From assembly GCA_030704615.1 (NCBI GenBank), contig CM060731.1, forward strand, positions 54,312,001 to 54,376,000: a stretch of 64,000 bases of DNA. The letters are read 5' to 3'. The notes under the pieces were generated by a model. That model did no database searches. It saw only the letters and a list, made by a program, of their open reading frames with translations, and was not told the origin of the DNA. This stretch comes from Takakia lepidozioides (lineage: Eukaryota > Plantae > Bryophyta). Positions 11,988 through 24,618 of this stretch are shown here, piece by piece (within the stretch, counting starts at the first letter, position 1; every line of letters begins with the position of its first letter). The position numbers and the translations under genes are program-made.

Positions 11988-14320
11988 GTCAACTTATATG
12001 AAGTACAAAAAACTCAGCAAAGAAGGGGTTATCTCTTCTCTGCATGGAAATTATGGAATGAAGCGACCCCACCCAGAGACTGTTCAGGCTGAGGGGAACA
12101 TATTGTCTATCGTTAACGGGAACAGTGATTTCATGCCACATAAGACGAGATGTATTGATGAGGGGCGCCGAGATACACTCCGTGTACTACCTCCAAAGAT
12201 TAATTGGAAACGAGTTCGAGATGAGTCCAACGAGGTGAATATTCTTTCTCATCTACTTCTCTTTTTAGACCTCTTTATTAAGACAATGTGAATAAGATGT
12301 GATTTGGTTGAGCAAATAATTTTTTTACATCGATTGATCAATAGTCTTTATTTATCTACTACCTGTATCAGGCTGATGGGATTACTATAGGAGACCCCGA
12401 CATTAGTGTCAACGTTCTAATATATATTTGGGCGCACATGACAGACCAATCAGGTTCTGGGCTTATGGCCTATTTCTACTTCAGCGGTGAGTCGAATTAG
12501 AAAGAAGATTTTCTCCAACGTCGAAGTTAGAAAAAGTGGAGGAACATTTGCAAAATGTACGGAGTGTGAGATGCTAAAGGACCTCATTAAGAAGTTTGTG
12601 AAAAGAAGTGCAGACCAAATGTGTCATAAAAAAGCTCTTGACAAACATCTGAAGCATCAAGAGTCTTGCCGAAGACTCTACCATAGCTGGAGGAATGAAT
12701 CGGTATGATGCCAACAGAATTCTTATGCATCATTCATGATAAGATGGATTATCGAAAGACTGCTTTTCCACGTTTGCAAACAACGAACAAGATGATTTCA
12801 GGCTTGGGGCAGTTTCCAGTGTCTATGGCGGGTGTCGTTACTCACGGTCACGGAAATAGAACGTACGCTCAATATTGGATGGATTTTTGGCCAGCAGATT
12901 CCAACTTCGTTATAGGATCTTTGGGTATCGCAAATAGGAGAAACCAACATGTCGTGAATCAAGGGTCATTTTCGACAACCCCATGCAAACTGATTTCTTT
13001 GAAGTCATAATGAGAGGAAAATCCAGGTGTTTGGATGTTTTGAGGTCTTGTTCTGAAAAGGATAAGAAATGAGCGCTTCCCTTACCACGAAGATTGTATC
13101 TACAAATGGACAATTATGTCAAAGACAACACGAACAGGTGGATGTTGGCATTCTTATCACTGCTTACTGCAAGAGGGGTGTTCGAAGAAATTCAACTCGG
13201 TTTCCTTATGGTCGGCCACACGCATGAGGACATTGATGCTTATTTTAGTAACCTTTCGAAGAAATTGAAAGAGAACAGCACCTATGTTCTTTCCGATCTC
13301 ATGAAAAATTTCATGGTATCTCAAGACCTACAGTTCATTCCACAAATAATTCAAGAAGTTCCAGATTTCAAGGATTTTGTCGACGACTTTATTTTGGAGG
13401 AGAAGGAGGCTTTGGTTGGAGCTACGGAAATGCATCTTTTTCGGTTTTTTGTTGATTCGGATGGCTAGCCTCTAATGCAATACAAAAAATCTGCAACAGA
13501 TTCGGATTGGCTTCCAAAAAATAGCAATGTCAAAATGTGGAAAGCAAAAGACGACGGTTCTCCAATGCTTCCAGTTGGACAGCCGAAACCGCTCCGTAAG
13601 AGACCTATTTGGTGAGATGGTGATGAAGCATTGGAGAAACAATCTTGCATCAAGTCCGGTATTAAAAAATACATGGATTTTTGGAAAAAATGGACGCTCT
13701 TGGATGATCCATATGGAAATATCATGAAACAATATGATCAATATTGGACGGATATTCTTGAAGAACTTGACATTCCGTTGGAGGAGCCAAATGACGAACT
13801 TATCGAAGGATTTTGGCCAACAATAAAATGGGTCGAGCACCACAGGAGAGACGTTGTTCATAGACAGTCTCAAGATGCATTGTCCGATAATGAAGATATT
13901 GTGGAACCGTATTGTGGGCCGAGATGTGACCGTCCAAAAATACTGTTAAATCCATTCAAGGATATTGAGAAGAGATTCTTTGTCCTTGTTCGCCCAAATG
14001 ATACGGAGACTTTTCCTGTTTGGATGAGAATGACAATATCGGATGTTATACGAGATAGAAAAGATCGCAATTACAAAAAGCTTCTTGTGGAGTGGTGGAG
14101 ACCAAAAGAAGGGGGCAATCCTACGGATGCAGATAGATACAAAGATTGTTGGTCCAAAAATTGAGAGTTCAACCCAATGGATCCCGCTCAATGGATTCAT
14201 GTTGACAATGTAGTGTGGACAATGCCGCCGAGAAAAAATACGACAAAAGCAAGCATAAAAAAGATAACTGCTCGAGATGCGGACAATGCTAGAGTAAATT
14301 TCGAATCAGCGTCAAGATAA
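11988..14320 (+). pseudogene. Sola-like (DUF7869-type) DDE/D transposase; degenerate, N-terminus cut off by the LTR insertion
   Basis: Motifs CTEC, IIHDKMD, LYLQMDN..DNTN and FLMVGHTHEDIDAYFS; probable intron ~12234-12451; several stops and frameshifts. Confidence 0.75.
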
Positions 14321-14429
14321 TGAAAACTAAAATAGTATGAATGCAGATAACTCTCCAACTTTCTTGTTTCCTTGTAATGTTTAAAACCTCAATGACTTTG
14401 AATGATGGATAAAAAATAGTTGTTCTACT

Positions 14430-15690
14430 CAATTGTAATGTTGTTCATTCTTCTAGCAAAATTTGGACCATTTTCAATAAATTTTGTATGAATAAATTTT
14501 GTTAGAGTGGTTGGGATTTAAAAAAAAACCTTTTGCTTAGTAATACTTGCAAGTTTTTATATAACCTCCTAAACACTTTTCTATTTTTTTTTTGGATTGG
14601 TTTGGATTTTTTAATGACTTTTTTATAGGTCCTTAATGTTATTCTTTCATAATATTTGTTTCTTATCTAATATACTTTAACTGAGCCTAAGCTGAGTACC
14701 ACAAAAATATCTTTGTAATGTTTGAAACTTGACACTCGGAATTAATTGTTTTTCTAACTTTGAGGTTGCATACTACAGTGGTTGGAATATTTAATTAAAA
14801 ATTTGTATAGGTCCTAAACACTCTCCCATCACCCTCGTCATTCATCCTTTTGTCGGAGACTTAACCCCTATAGCCTTAACCCTATAGCCTAAAACGTAGT
14901 TGCTACATTTGAAGCTCAATTAATTACGTTTTCCAGCTTACATGTATGACAGAGTCATCGAGATATTTACTTGGAAATTCTTACTCTTCCATATGTTTTT
15001 TTTTACTTGAAGTACTTTTGTTTATCCAAAACCCTAGACCGCAAAACCTCATTCTAGAAGTTCATTCAATCAATTTTTGAGCTTTGGGTATAATACAAAT
15101 TACAATGGTTAGAATATTATATTGACTTGATTGTTGAATGTTTTAAAAATTATAGGTCCTAAATATTCATGCATACTTTTATATGATTCATACTTTTATT
15201 TCTTATAAACTTTATTCTCCTAACTTAGCTTATATCCATGTTTGAAGCTTCTTAAGAAAGCAAATTCCTACTTTGGAATACAATGCATTCAAGGTTGGGA
15301 TATTTGATTGAATGGTAGCAATTTTGTATGGAACTTCCTTATAAGCACTTTTCAACCCTTTGTTTACATTGAATAGTTTTTTTTTGTTTTTGGCTAGTAC
15401 TAAGCTTTGGGGAAGTTTATAGAATTTTATGATATTTGATTGAGAGATTTTATATGTCTTAATTACTCTTGTAAATTTGTTTGTCATTGAATAGTACCAA
15501 ATTTGCTTACCTTAAATCCTAGTATGTCATCTTTTTTTATTGTTTGAAGCTCATTATTCTTTTCCCCCCATTGATTCACTTTATAATAAGATAAAGTGGT
15601 CTGGATTTTTAATTGATATTTTTGTAGATCCTAAGTTCCATTATTTCATATTTGTTCTTACCTATACTTTAGTTTAATAGCCTAAGCCCA
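14430..15690. repeat. AT-rich diverged subterminal repeats of the Sola-like element (left part)
   Basis: Recurring AACTTTG(G/A)GG..TAC...GTTGGAATATT...TATAGGTCCTAAA units; continues at 43453 after the gypsy insertion. Confidence 0.65.
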
Positions 15691-16219
15691 TAACGTGCAC
15701 CTAAGCATCGTGCCACAACATACATCACTGTCCACCACACAATCCTAGAAAGCTATAGCACAATGATAATGAAAGTGAACACAATGGAAATACTCTACTC
15801 TTGAATCCACTCAATCTGCTCAAGAAATCTAGCGTTGCTCTTTAAACAAAGCAGCCCGGCTTTTTACCATCACGGGTACCCAAGTGGCTGCTCTCAATAC
15901 CTAGAGCTATGGAGGTGAGAAATGCTCATGGAGGCTCAACTACAAGAAGCTGAGCCTCCTCCATCCTCACAAGGGGAAAACCTATCCCCATGTCCCAAGT
16001 GAGGCTCGACACCTCAGTTGGCATGTGAGACCAAATGAAGTTCCAACACACAAAATATAAATATAAATATCTAAAATGTCCTAGTTAACTAGAAGTAGGT
16101 AATTATAGATAACCATGACTAAAACCATGACAGCTGTCGTGCACCTAAGCATCGTGCCACAACATACATCGCTGTCCACCACACAATCTATGTACACAAT
16201 CCTAGAAAGCTATACCACA
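15691..16219 (-). repeat. 3' terminal repeats of family B: B1 (16135-16219), A2 (15764-16132), B2 (15691-15763)
   Basis: GTGCACCTAAGCATCGTGCCACAACATACATC occurs at ~15695 and ~16139; A2 matches 43089-43452; PPT-like TAGGGGGCG adjacent to B1 on the minus strand. Confidence 0.85.
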
Positions 16220-16481
16220 ATCGCCCCCTAGCTGGTGATTAGGTCTCTCTAACACCGGATAGCTGACAAGTATTCATCCCAATAAGATCATCGTTTGGTC
16301 ATCAATCGCCCAAGTCCCAGTATCTGAAGGCAATAGATCAAGAGGCCGGGTGCAAAAGTAGCCCCATCGTTACTCGCCTTCCTGCAATCCATGGCTTCAA
16401 TTGGGTGTCTATGGCATTGAACTCCCGTTAGCTAGACCTTGAATCACTTGTCAACCTCACCACTATCATGCCCCACTACCT

Positions 16482-17232
16482 CTATTCAAGGCATCGTGGA
16501 CATAACCATTCTCCACTAGGAACCTCCTCAAGTGGCGGTGTCAAGCATCCCATGTGCCACCCCCTTGAGCATTTGTCACATACCAACATGGTCACGGCAC
16601 CACCAGCATACCCACATAGCATGCAACACAAACCTGCAGGTACCACTGCAAGGTTGGGATCTATCATCCCATCCACATGTGGAAGGTGACATGGCGCACA
16701 ATTGCGCATATGGTCCTTCCATACCATGCCATCTCGACCCTCCAGAATCAACACTGCTGAAGGCAACACCTCCCGGACCCTTAGAATCATACGACCTGTT
16801 ATGACATCCAAGGTCGTAGGCGCTGTCTGCTGCAGATACACATAGTCTCCAAGATGGAAACGCCGAACACCTGGCCGATATCCCCCTCCATGTATAGTGG
16901 CGTACCTCAATGTGTCTCGGTGTTGGGCAATAGCAAGGTTCTCAAAAGCCATAGGCATGACTTTCTTGAACAACTCTGCCCGTTGGGCACATGCTTGTGT
17001 CCACACATCCGGATCATCAAGGTTGAGAACTAGTGCAGTTTTCCCTGCGAATAGATGCAGACAAATCTGGCTCTCGGCCAAAGAGAAGGAAATAAGGCGA
17101 GAACGAGGCAAGTGATGCTTGCTTGCTAAACCTGTAGCCCATGGCCAACCAAGGTAGCTGAAGGTCCCAATCTCCCAAGTGTCCCTTCTGCAAGCCATAC
17201 TTGCGCAAGCCTCGCTTGACTGTTAACAATCC
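16482..17232 (-). pseudogene. Integrase C-terminal region with PHD finger (family B)
   Basis: TVKRGLRKYG, SPYFLLFGR, then CMLC-x9-CDKC-x4-H-x2-C-x14-WLCPRC-type C4HC3 pattern (CMLCGYAGGAVTMLVCDKCSRGWHMGCLTPPLEEVPSGEWLCPRC). Confidence 0.92.
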
Positions 17233-18163
17233 AACTCCCAATTTTCACTTATTTTCTGGTGTAGGAGTATAACATCAAACAACTTGGGAACTAAAATCAT
17301 TTCTGCTCGCACTCGTTCCCAAGATGGGTGCACCACGTACCCATTCTTTTCCAAAACAAGACAAGAAGAGGACAGAATTTACAAGGGCATTTGATCAGGA
17401 ACCAGAAATGTATCCCTGCTAAGAGAGACAACAACCCACAAAATCCAATCGTCACAACCTACCTGTGGCAGGGATGCCTCGGCGTGAGCCTGGTCACGTG
17501 AGCGCGTGAGCGCGACTGCGCTCACGCCACGTCACCTTGCGCAAATGCCACGTCACGGGGCTCAGTCCACGTCATCACACGTGGAGGCCGAGTCACCACG
17601 CACCCAGAAAGAAGTGGAGTGTATTCCCGCGGATTGGCACCCTTTACCGCGGAAACAAGCTGGACGACATAATAAAAGGCATTGAATAAATGATGGATGA
17701 ATGTACAGTTGGATGATAAACAGATGGATGAGTTGAAAAATCTATGTAGATGGATGAATGACGGATGGATAAGAGTAAAATGGATGAATGTATAATGGAT
17801 GTTGAGCAATGACAAAAATTCATGACAGGAAGATGCATGACCAAATCTTTTGACGAATGCACAAAGTATATGAAATGAGTGTGGAAGGTTTGTGGGGTGG
17901 ATTAAAGAGTACAGAGGATGAATGTACAATGGATGTTGTACAAAGGAAGCTTTCATGAATGGAGCACGCATGAATACAGTGTAGATGAATGCACAATGGA
18001 TATGAGAAGAGTCAGGAAGGTTTGTGAGATGGATTCATACATATAGCAATTTAAACGAAAGTTGATTCTGTGATTATTATTTGTTCTAAAGGAACAACTA
18101 CGGTAGAGTAAGGGGATTCAACGTTTTCCAGATAATATGAAAATGAATATAAAAGAATACAGT

Positions 18164-21100
18164 TCAGTCTGACTCAGAGTCAGTACAATGTATCCCCTCT
18201 TCCTCTGCATCTAAGTCTAAGTATTTTAGAACACCGGATCCACGCTGGATACACCTACGGCTGGCCACTAAAAAGTCAGGGGATAGGGACTCGACGCGTG
18301 AAGTGCCATTGCTTCGGCATAAACAGGAGCAGAAAATTGGAAAGGGGGCTGTCGAAAACAGACTCGCCAGAAATGACTGTATCTCCTGAAGATCCACCGC
18401 TGGCTTTCCTGAAAGACAGCCTGAAAAAGTTATTACTGTAACTTTGATGTTATCGAGAAATTGAGTATGACTCCCAAAGAGGGTTTAGCACTTACTCACA
18501 TGAAAAGTCGTTGTCGACCTGCTTATCTTCGGGATCGTCATCATTTCGAATATGAATCCGATCAGTCTGTGTGCCTGAAGTGGAGCCAGACAAAAGGGGG
18601 AGGAGCACTGTGTTGTAGAGGTCAGAATCACCCTCCATACAAAAAGGCTTCTTTGCCTGCCTGCCCCAAGAAACCAGACAGGAGAACATAAGCAGTTTGG
18701 AGGAGGGGATTTAAGCAGATGAAACTGTTGAAAGGAAACCAATTCGGAAGGGAGAAAACGAACCTGTGGACACAGAAAGATCGACCACCCCGTGCAGAGC
18801 GGTGGCTGCATGACTCCAGCAGTATTTGCATGAATGCTGGTGACTTTTCCTTTGCACCTCTCCAGGGAGTGCCATCTGGTCTCTTCAGAGTCTGACTGGA
18901 CTGCATGAAGTTGTACAAAATGTCATCGACATGGGGCTCATAGGGGGGGTTGACGAAACAACCCTGGTCAGAAATCTCAAAGCTGCGGATGGAGGATGGT
19001 GTCTTTGATGTGCGAATCCTCCGCAGGCAGATCGCCTCGAACATCCTCGTCTGCCAAAGATAGCAGGTTAGTGTGGTAAACACAATCTAAAGTGGAAGTG
19101 TGTACATCGGCTATTCAGAACTCTGACACCAAAAAACCATGAATCGTTGATGATCGGTGTCGATCATAAAACATTCTACTAGAGTGGAGCTGCAGAGAAA
19201 ATTGAAACTCATGATCAAAGCATAAGCAGAAGGCAGACGGCATACCAGCTGACCAGGGAAACCCCCTTTCACAAGGTAGAGGCTGTTCACACAATTCCAT
19301 GTGCGCAAAACTTCAAACCCTGAAGACTTGAGGTATGATGCCAATGCCCGACGACTATCATTGTCACATGACTGAAAAAGCAGAAGTGTCCCTGCATCAG
19401 AGAGGAAATTGTTACAGAACCCGAATACCCAACTCCAGTAGTTGTCCTCGAATTTGTTCCACCCTGGCGTCTTGCCCTTGGAAGAACTTCTGGCACAGCC
19501 TGGCCATCCGGGATGTCGAGAATGACAATGTCGGCCGCATAAGTTTTCTGCACACCGCACACGAAGGTGGGACCTGTGCTCACCTGCAACAGACATGTTT
19601 TTATAAGAACGATGGCAAGAATGTTTTCAAAGAACGAGACTGAAATACTGCCAACGAAACTTTCAGAGAAAAAGGAAAGAAAGTGGAATTCTCACCAGAT
19701 TGAGGAATGAGATTATATTGTCCCAGGTAGGGGATGGCACCCCAGTGTATCCTCTCTTTCGACTCTGCATCATCGAAAGCCAACCCTCATTAACATTTTC
19801 ATCTCTCCTGCTGAATCAGAACGGGAAGGGTGTGGCTTGGCATCGAACACGCACTGAAGAGTGCGGGTATATCTTCCAGCACTAAAGTCCTGCCCACTCT
19901 CCATCTCCTTTTCATTCTCCTTCCCCTTGTCCTTTTCCTTCTCTTTGGACTTGTCTTTGTCCTTTGGCTTTTGCTGGTGAGATGGCTATGACATCAACAG
20001 CCTTGTTTTGGTTTGCGGCCCGCCTTCTTTCCCTTCTGCGGCGTTCCTGAGCATCAGGCTCCTTGGCAGCCAAGGTTGCTATGTTTCGTTGATACTCTTC
20101 GTCAGTCAAAGGCGCCAGCATCTCAGCGTTTGTTCAAGTATTTCATATGCTGTTCTTGAAAGGTCGTGTGCTCAGGTGGGCAGTCAAGGTACCACCCACA
20201 GTCTCTGAAGTGAGAAGGACTCCAGTCCTTCAATATCCCTGCAGTATACATGGTTGGATCGTTTGCAGGGTCCGACCACATGTCAAGATAGTCGGGAATT
20301 CCGCTCAGGTGATTTCCTTCCATAAGCACATATTTCGTGTACCTGAAAAAAGGAGATGAATCCCAACCCACAAAAGCGCTCAGTGAGTAAGATGCAAGTA
20401 GAACAGAAAGAATAAAACATGGATTGAAATGGCTCTGACAACTGCTCCAAGGACCTTTCAGGACCACACTACTGCTCCAGATATGAATGTCGTCAACGCC
20501 ATTCAGAACATTCCATTCCATGACACTGTAAATACATCCTAATCCAGGTGAATGCAAATAAGCGATTAGAAATGACACAGACATAGAAGTGAATGTCGTC
20601 AACGACATTCAAGAATGAAGCCAAATTTACTGAAATGAAGCAAAATCACAGGATGGAAATAAAAAAATTGAGTAAGGAACCATCCAGGAAAACTCAATGC
20701 ACATTCATAACGAACCTATCACTGAGGACCTCACAACATCACTGTATGTGAATGGCGTCAACGCCATTCACAAAAATACAAAAAGAAACCAATTACTTAG
20801 CTCCCCAATCCATGAAAATTGAATTTGTCGTTTTTGAATAATACAGACACAGCTGTGAATGTCGTCAACGACATTCACTTTGGATTTCTTAAAACAGAGC
20901 TTATCAAGCCTCCATATTCATCGCAAGAGGAAAAAACAATGCAGAACAACTGAATGTCTGCATTGACATTCAGCAAAATGAAGTGATCAACCCTCATTGT
21001 AACCTCTATGGACATTACAAAAATTTAAATAACCTTGAGGACCACACAACAACTCCGTATGTGAATGTCGTCAACGCCATTCAAGGACATTATCAATTCT

Positions 21101-23770
21101 AATCAGGGACAATATAATTGCACCCTTAGATCCTAACCAGGTGAATTCATATACTCGCTTAAGAATGACTCAGACAAAGAAGTGAATGTCGTCAACGACA
21201 TTCAATCTGGATCTAAGATTGCAATCCATATGAAGCCACAATTTTTCCCAAAAAAACAGTAGAGTTTCAAGTATGACATTTCACCTGTACACAACTCGCA
21301 TCATGGCCCACTCTCCTCCAACCTGACTGTCAAAGTCGTTGGACCGTAAAATGTTACCATCTTTGGAGAACTCCCGGAAAAAACAGTATCTCCAGGTGAG
21401 ACCTCTCCACTTCCTTATGTATGCCTCCAATGACATTTGGGGAGGGGAAACAATCGCAATGTTCAGGTCCTTCAAAGTCTGATCCAGCACAATGACGGCG
21501 CGCTTTTCGAGCTGCAAATAGTATATTTGTCAGAATTGCAAAAAAGAAACACATCACATACTTGAAGAGAAGAAACAGCATGTTCGAATACACACCTGAC
21601 TCCAAAATGTAGCCTTGTGGAGCCAGTTATCAAACACCAAATCACTGATTCCTTCCACCTTTGTGCCAGGCTGTATGGTGCTCTTTGGGAACTGATTCAA
21701 GTCCTTTACTGTTTGATCTGAGTTCCATATCTCCAGCCACCTTATTTTTGTTTGTGGGTCGACCATCGATATGGCCAGCCGGTGCAATTTCTCCTGCTGC
21801 ATCTCCGGATGCACATGCTTGTCATAGTGTGTTTTGATCTGCTGAAGGAACTCAGGACCAAGTCCAGGATCTACTATTCTAAGCTGCTTTCCGAAGGCTG
21901 ACATCAATTTGGTTCTTCGCATCTCAAACTCCTTCTTTATTGCAGCTTCCACACCCTTTGATGTCCTTAGTTCCTCTGGTGTAGTGCGGTAATATTCGGA
22001 TTTTCCCTTCTCAGCTGCCTGCCAGTTCTTGCTGCATTCATTCAAGTAGTGATTAGCTCCGAAGGGACTCTAAACATGTATTCGAAAAGTAAACAGATTA
22101 CAGACTCGGGCTTACCGCATACATGTACTCCCAGAAACGCCTCTCGTGTCAAAGAATACCAAGTGCCTGCAGCTCTTCCTGTTTCGCACTTCTTGATGAT
22201 ATTGGGTGGTAGTACTGTCCGAAAATCATCCAGCTTCATCAGACCAATCCTCTGAATTCGGAATAGTGTGTGAACCAAGCTTGTTGTCACATGCGATTTC
22301 TCTGTCGATCTGCAAAAACATTGAAAACATTGCATTCCTTAACACTGTTTTTTGAGGATCAACAAGACACTACAGAGGGAATCAAATCTCCTGGATGACT
22401 TACTTGTTCACGTCGTGCATAGCTGTAAGAAGCCTAGCGATGTCGTTTCCTGGATCCAAAACCATTGCCTCCACAGCAACATGCTTGTCTTTGTCTTTCG
22501 AATGGTGTTTCTGAATGTATCCCATCCATGCCAGCAATCGGTGGTTGCCGTCCCAGACGTAGAACATGTGGTTGCAAATTGCTGGGTGTTCTTTCCCATC
22601 ATGAGGCCCAGCTCGAACTCCTCATTGGCATCTTTCCAGCACTCATCCCAGTTATCACTGATCTCTGGAGAAACTAATGTGCTTTTCCCATTTATATCCG
22701 TCAGTGACACATAAAAAACTTGTGCACCAAGTCTATATCCATGCACAAAATCACTCTCCAATTTTGTTATGTCATGGGAAAGAGGTGGACGCACAACAGG
22801 CATTGATATCATCCGGCACAGAGGTATGTCCAGACGCCCTCCAGATACGAGCATGTCCCTTATAACCTCCTGAGAGTTTACCTTCTGGAATGACATGAGT
22901 TCTTTCACCTTGTCAAGGTAGTGCACTTCGGATTCATCTGCTTCATCTGTATTCTCTGAGCTTTTTGCGGACTCGTCCCCATCTCCAGATCCTTTCCCCT
23001 CTGATCCTGTAGGCTTCGACCTCACAGTTTTCTGCACGATGCCATTCAGTTCTGACTAAGTGATTTGCAAATAAAGCGGTAACGACAATCACTCTGTATC
23101 AAGGAAACTCACCATGAATGGTGTGAAAGAATTCAGCACAATCTACACATGCAAAGCCGAGACTGCCGTATTCAAAACAAAAGTGAGAGCGATAGCGAAC
23201 GGCGTTAACGACAATCACAAAAGATAACAACCTGCCGGATCGGTGTTGTGTAATGACATATATGTGCAACTGATTGGCGGCAACGACATTCAGTGTAGTT
23301 TAGGGAGAATAGTAAGTGCAGACTCTCTCTTCAAACACATAGGTACATAAATCTCATGAGCAGAATCGAATGGCGTTAACGACGCTCGCGATTCAGTAGT
23401 TCCTGCTAAAGAATGGAAGAGGAAGGACTCCTTGAAAGGCAAATCACAGACTATATGATAAAACTTACTGGCACCTTCTTAGGTTTTGAAATTTGATCCC
23501 CTTCTGCAGCTTTCCTCTTCCCTCTCACATCTGCTGGAGTTTCTGTCTGCGCAAGGGTTTCTTGACCTTCTTCAGGTTCGGCGTTCCGCGTGCTTCCACC
23601 TTCTTCAGTGTCCCTGCGATTCATCTCTGCCTCCACAGGCTGGCGCACTCTTATCGCCGACTGTGTCGCAGCCGCTGCCTCAGTCTCCGTCTGCTCTTGT
23701 GAATCAGTCTCCGCGTTCACCTGCTGCCTTGGCCCTGTGTTCTCCAACAAACGACGCCTCGTCATTTTCT
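18164..23770 (-). pseudogene. Multi-exon gene: ParB/Srx-like N-terminal domain plus C-terminal beta-class N4C/N6A-type methyltransferase-like domain
   Basis: Reconstructed across frameshifts: FYVWDGNHRLLAW...MHDVN (~22410-22570); ADIVILDIPDG...PGWN...FLSDAGTLLLF (19250-19580); PWRGAKEKSPAFMQILLES..VVDLSVSTG..FCMEGDSDLY (18600-18880); GT-AG introns. Start and end approximate. Confidence 0.72.
20485..21203. repeat. Array of seven 20-bp palindromes, consensus GAATGTCGT-CA-ACGACATTC
   Basis: Copies start at 20485, 20591, 20750, 20857, 20952 (variant), 21063 and 21184; more degenerate copies at ~23073, 23197, 23272 and 23368. Confidence 0.9.
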
Positions 23771-24618
23771 CTCTTGCTCTGCGTCTCTCTCTAAGGGAAG
23801 TAAAATAAAGAGACTTTCTTCTCTTTCGTATTCTAGAAGGAACCCTCTCCAGCTTGACTACCACTCTCCCTCTAAGCGCGAAAAGTAGAAAAACGCAGTG
23901 ACTCCCGATTTCTTGCGGGATTGCCTGTGTTCTTGCGTGTCTCTAGAAGCATCGGATTCCCTCCCGCGTGACCGTTACACATAGTCGTTTCGTTATTAGT
24001 GCACATGCCAGCAATTGGTGTACAGCTGTTCGTATTCAGTTATGGATGTCTGACGTGTGCCGCCCAAACAAAACGGCGTGTTCTAAATTATAACTGGTTC
24101 AATATTTAAAAAGAACAGCGAATCCCAGAAATTGATGCGCAGTCTTAAACAAATAAATATAAATGAACGAGAGTTTGATGACAAATTTTGGAATATCATA
24201 CACGGTCATCCTTGTTATCCAAACCCCACATTCGTTGCACATTTGGAACTTTCCAGGTGCGCATGATCATTGGTAGTAGTATATAGATACATTTACTTAA
24301 TCTGCAATCCCATTCTCGGATCCTGTGGCATGCTTCCAGGAAGTCGGCTTTGTTATTGGGTTTATTGATGAGGTTCTGATTAACGGTTTAACAGTTGCCG
24401 ACACTGCCCTATGGATTCTCTGACCACTGGGCCCACAAGAAAAGTAATTAAAATGGACGGCTGCATATCTGGAATGAATAACAGAATATGCACAGTCGTT
24501 ATCTGAGCTTCCTCCGCCATATGCTCTGCTCATTCTTCAACTGTGTTCTGGAGACAGCAGTAAACCGATTTACACTAGATCTGCGATAGCAAGGTACAAA
24601 CATACTCGAGGAAGGAAG

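Noticed and set aside
18945-18965. NPPY tetrapeptide as the amino-MTase catalytic motif
   Set aside because: It lies in the variable region. The DIPDG segment following a hydrophobic strand (DIVIL) occupies the expected motif IV position, so NPPY may be coincidental; an alignment is needed.
20485-21203. CRISPR array (palindromic repeats with spacers)
   Set aside because: Spacers are 75-140 bp, irregular and mutually homologous; no cas genes; eukaryotic intron context.
18164-23770. Bacterial or phage contamination explaining the ParB-MTase
   Set aside because: The gene has spliceosomal introns and sits inside a TSD-flanked eukaryotic MULE.
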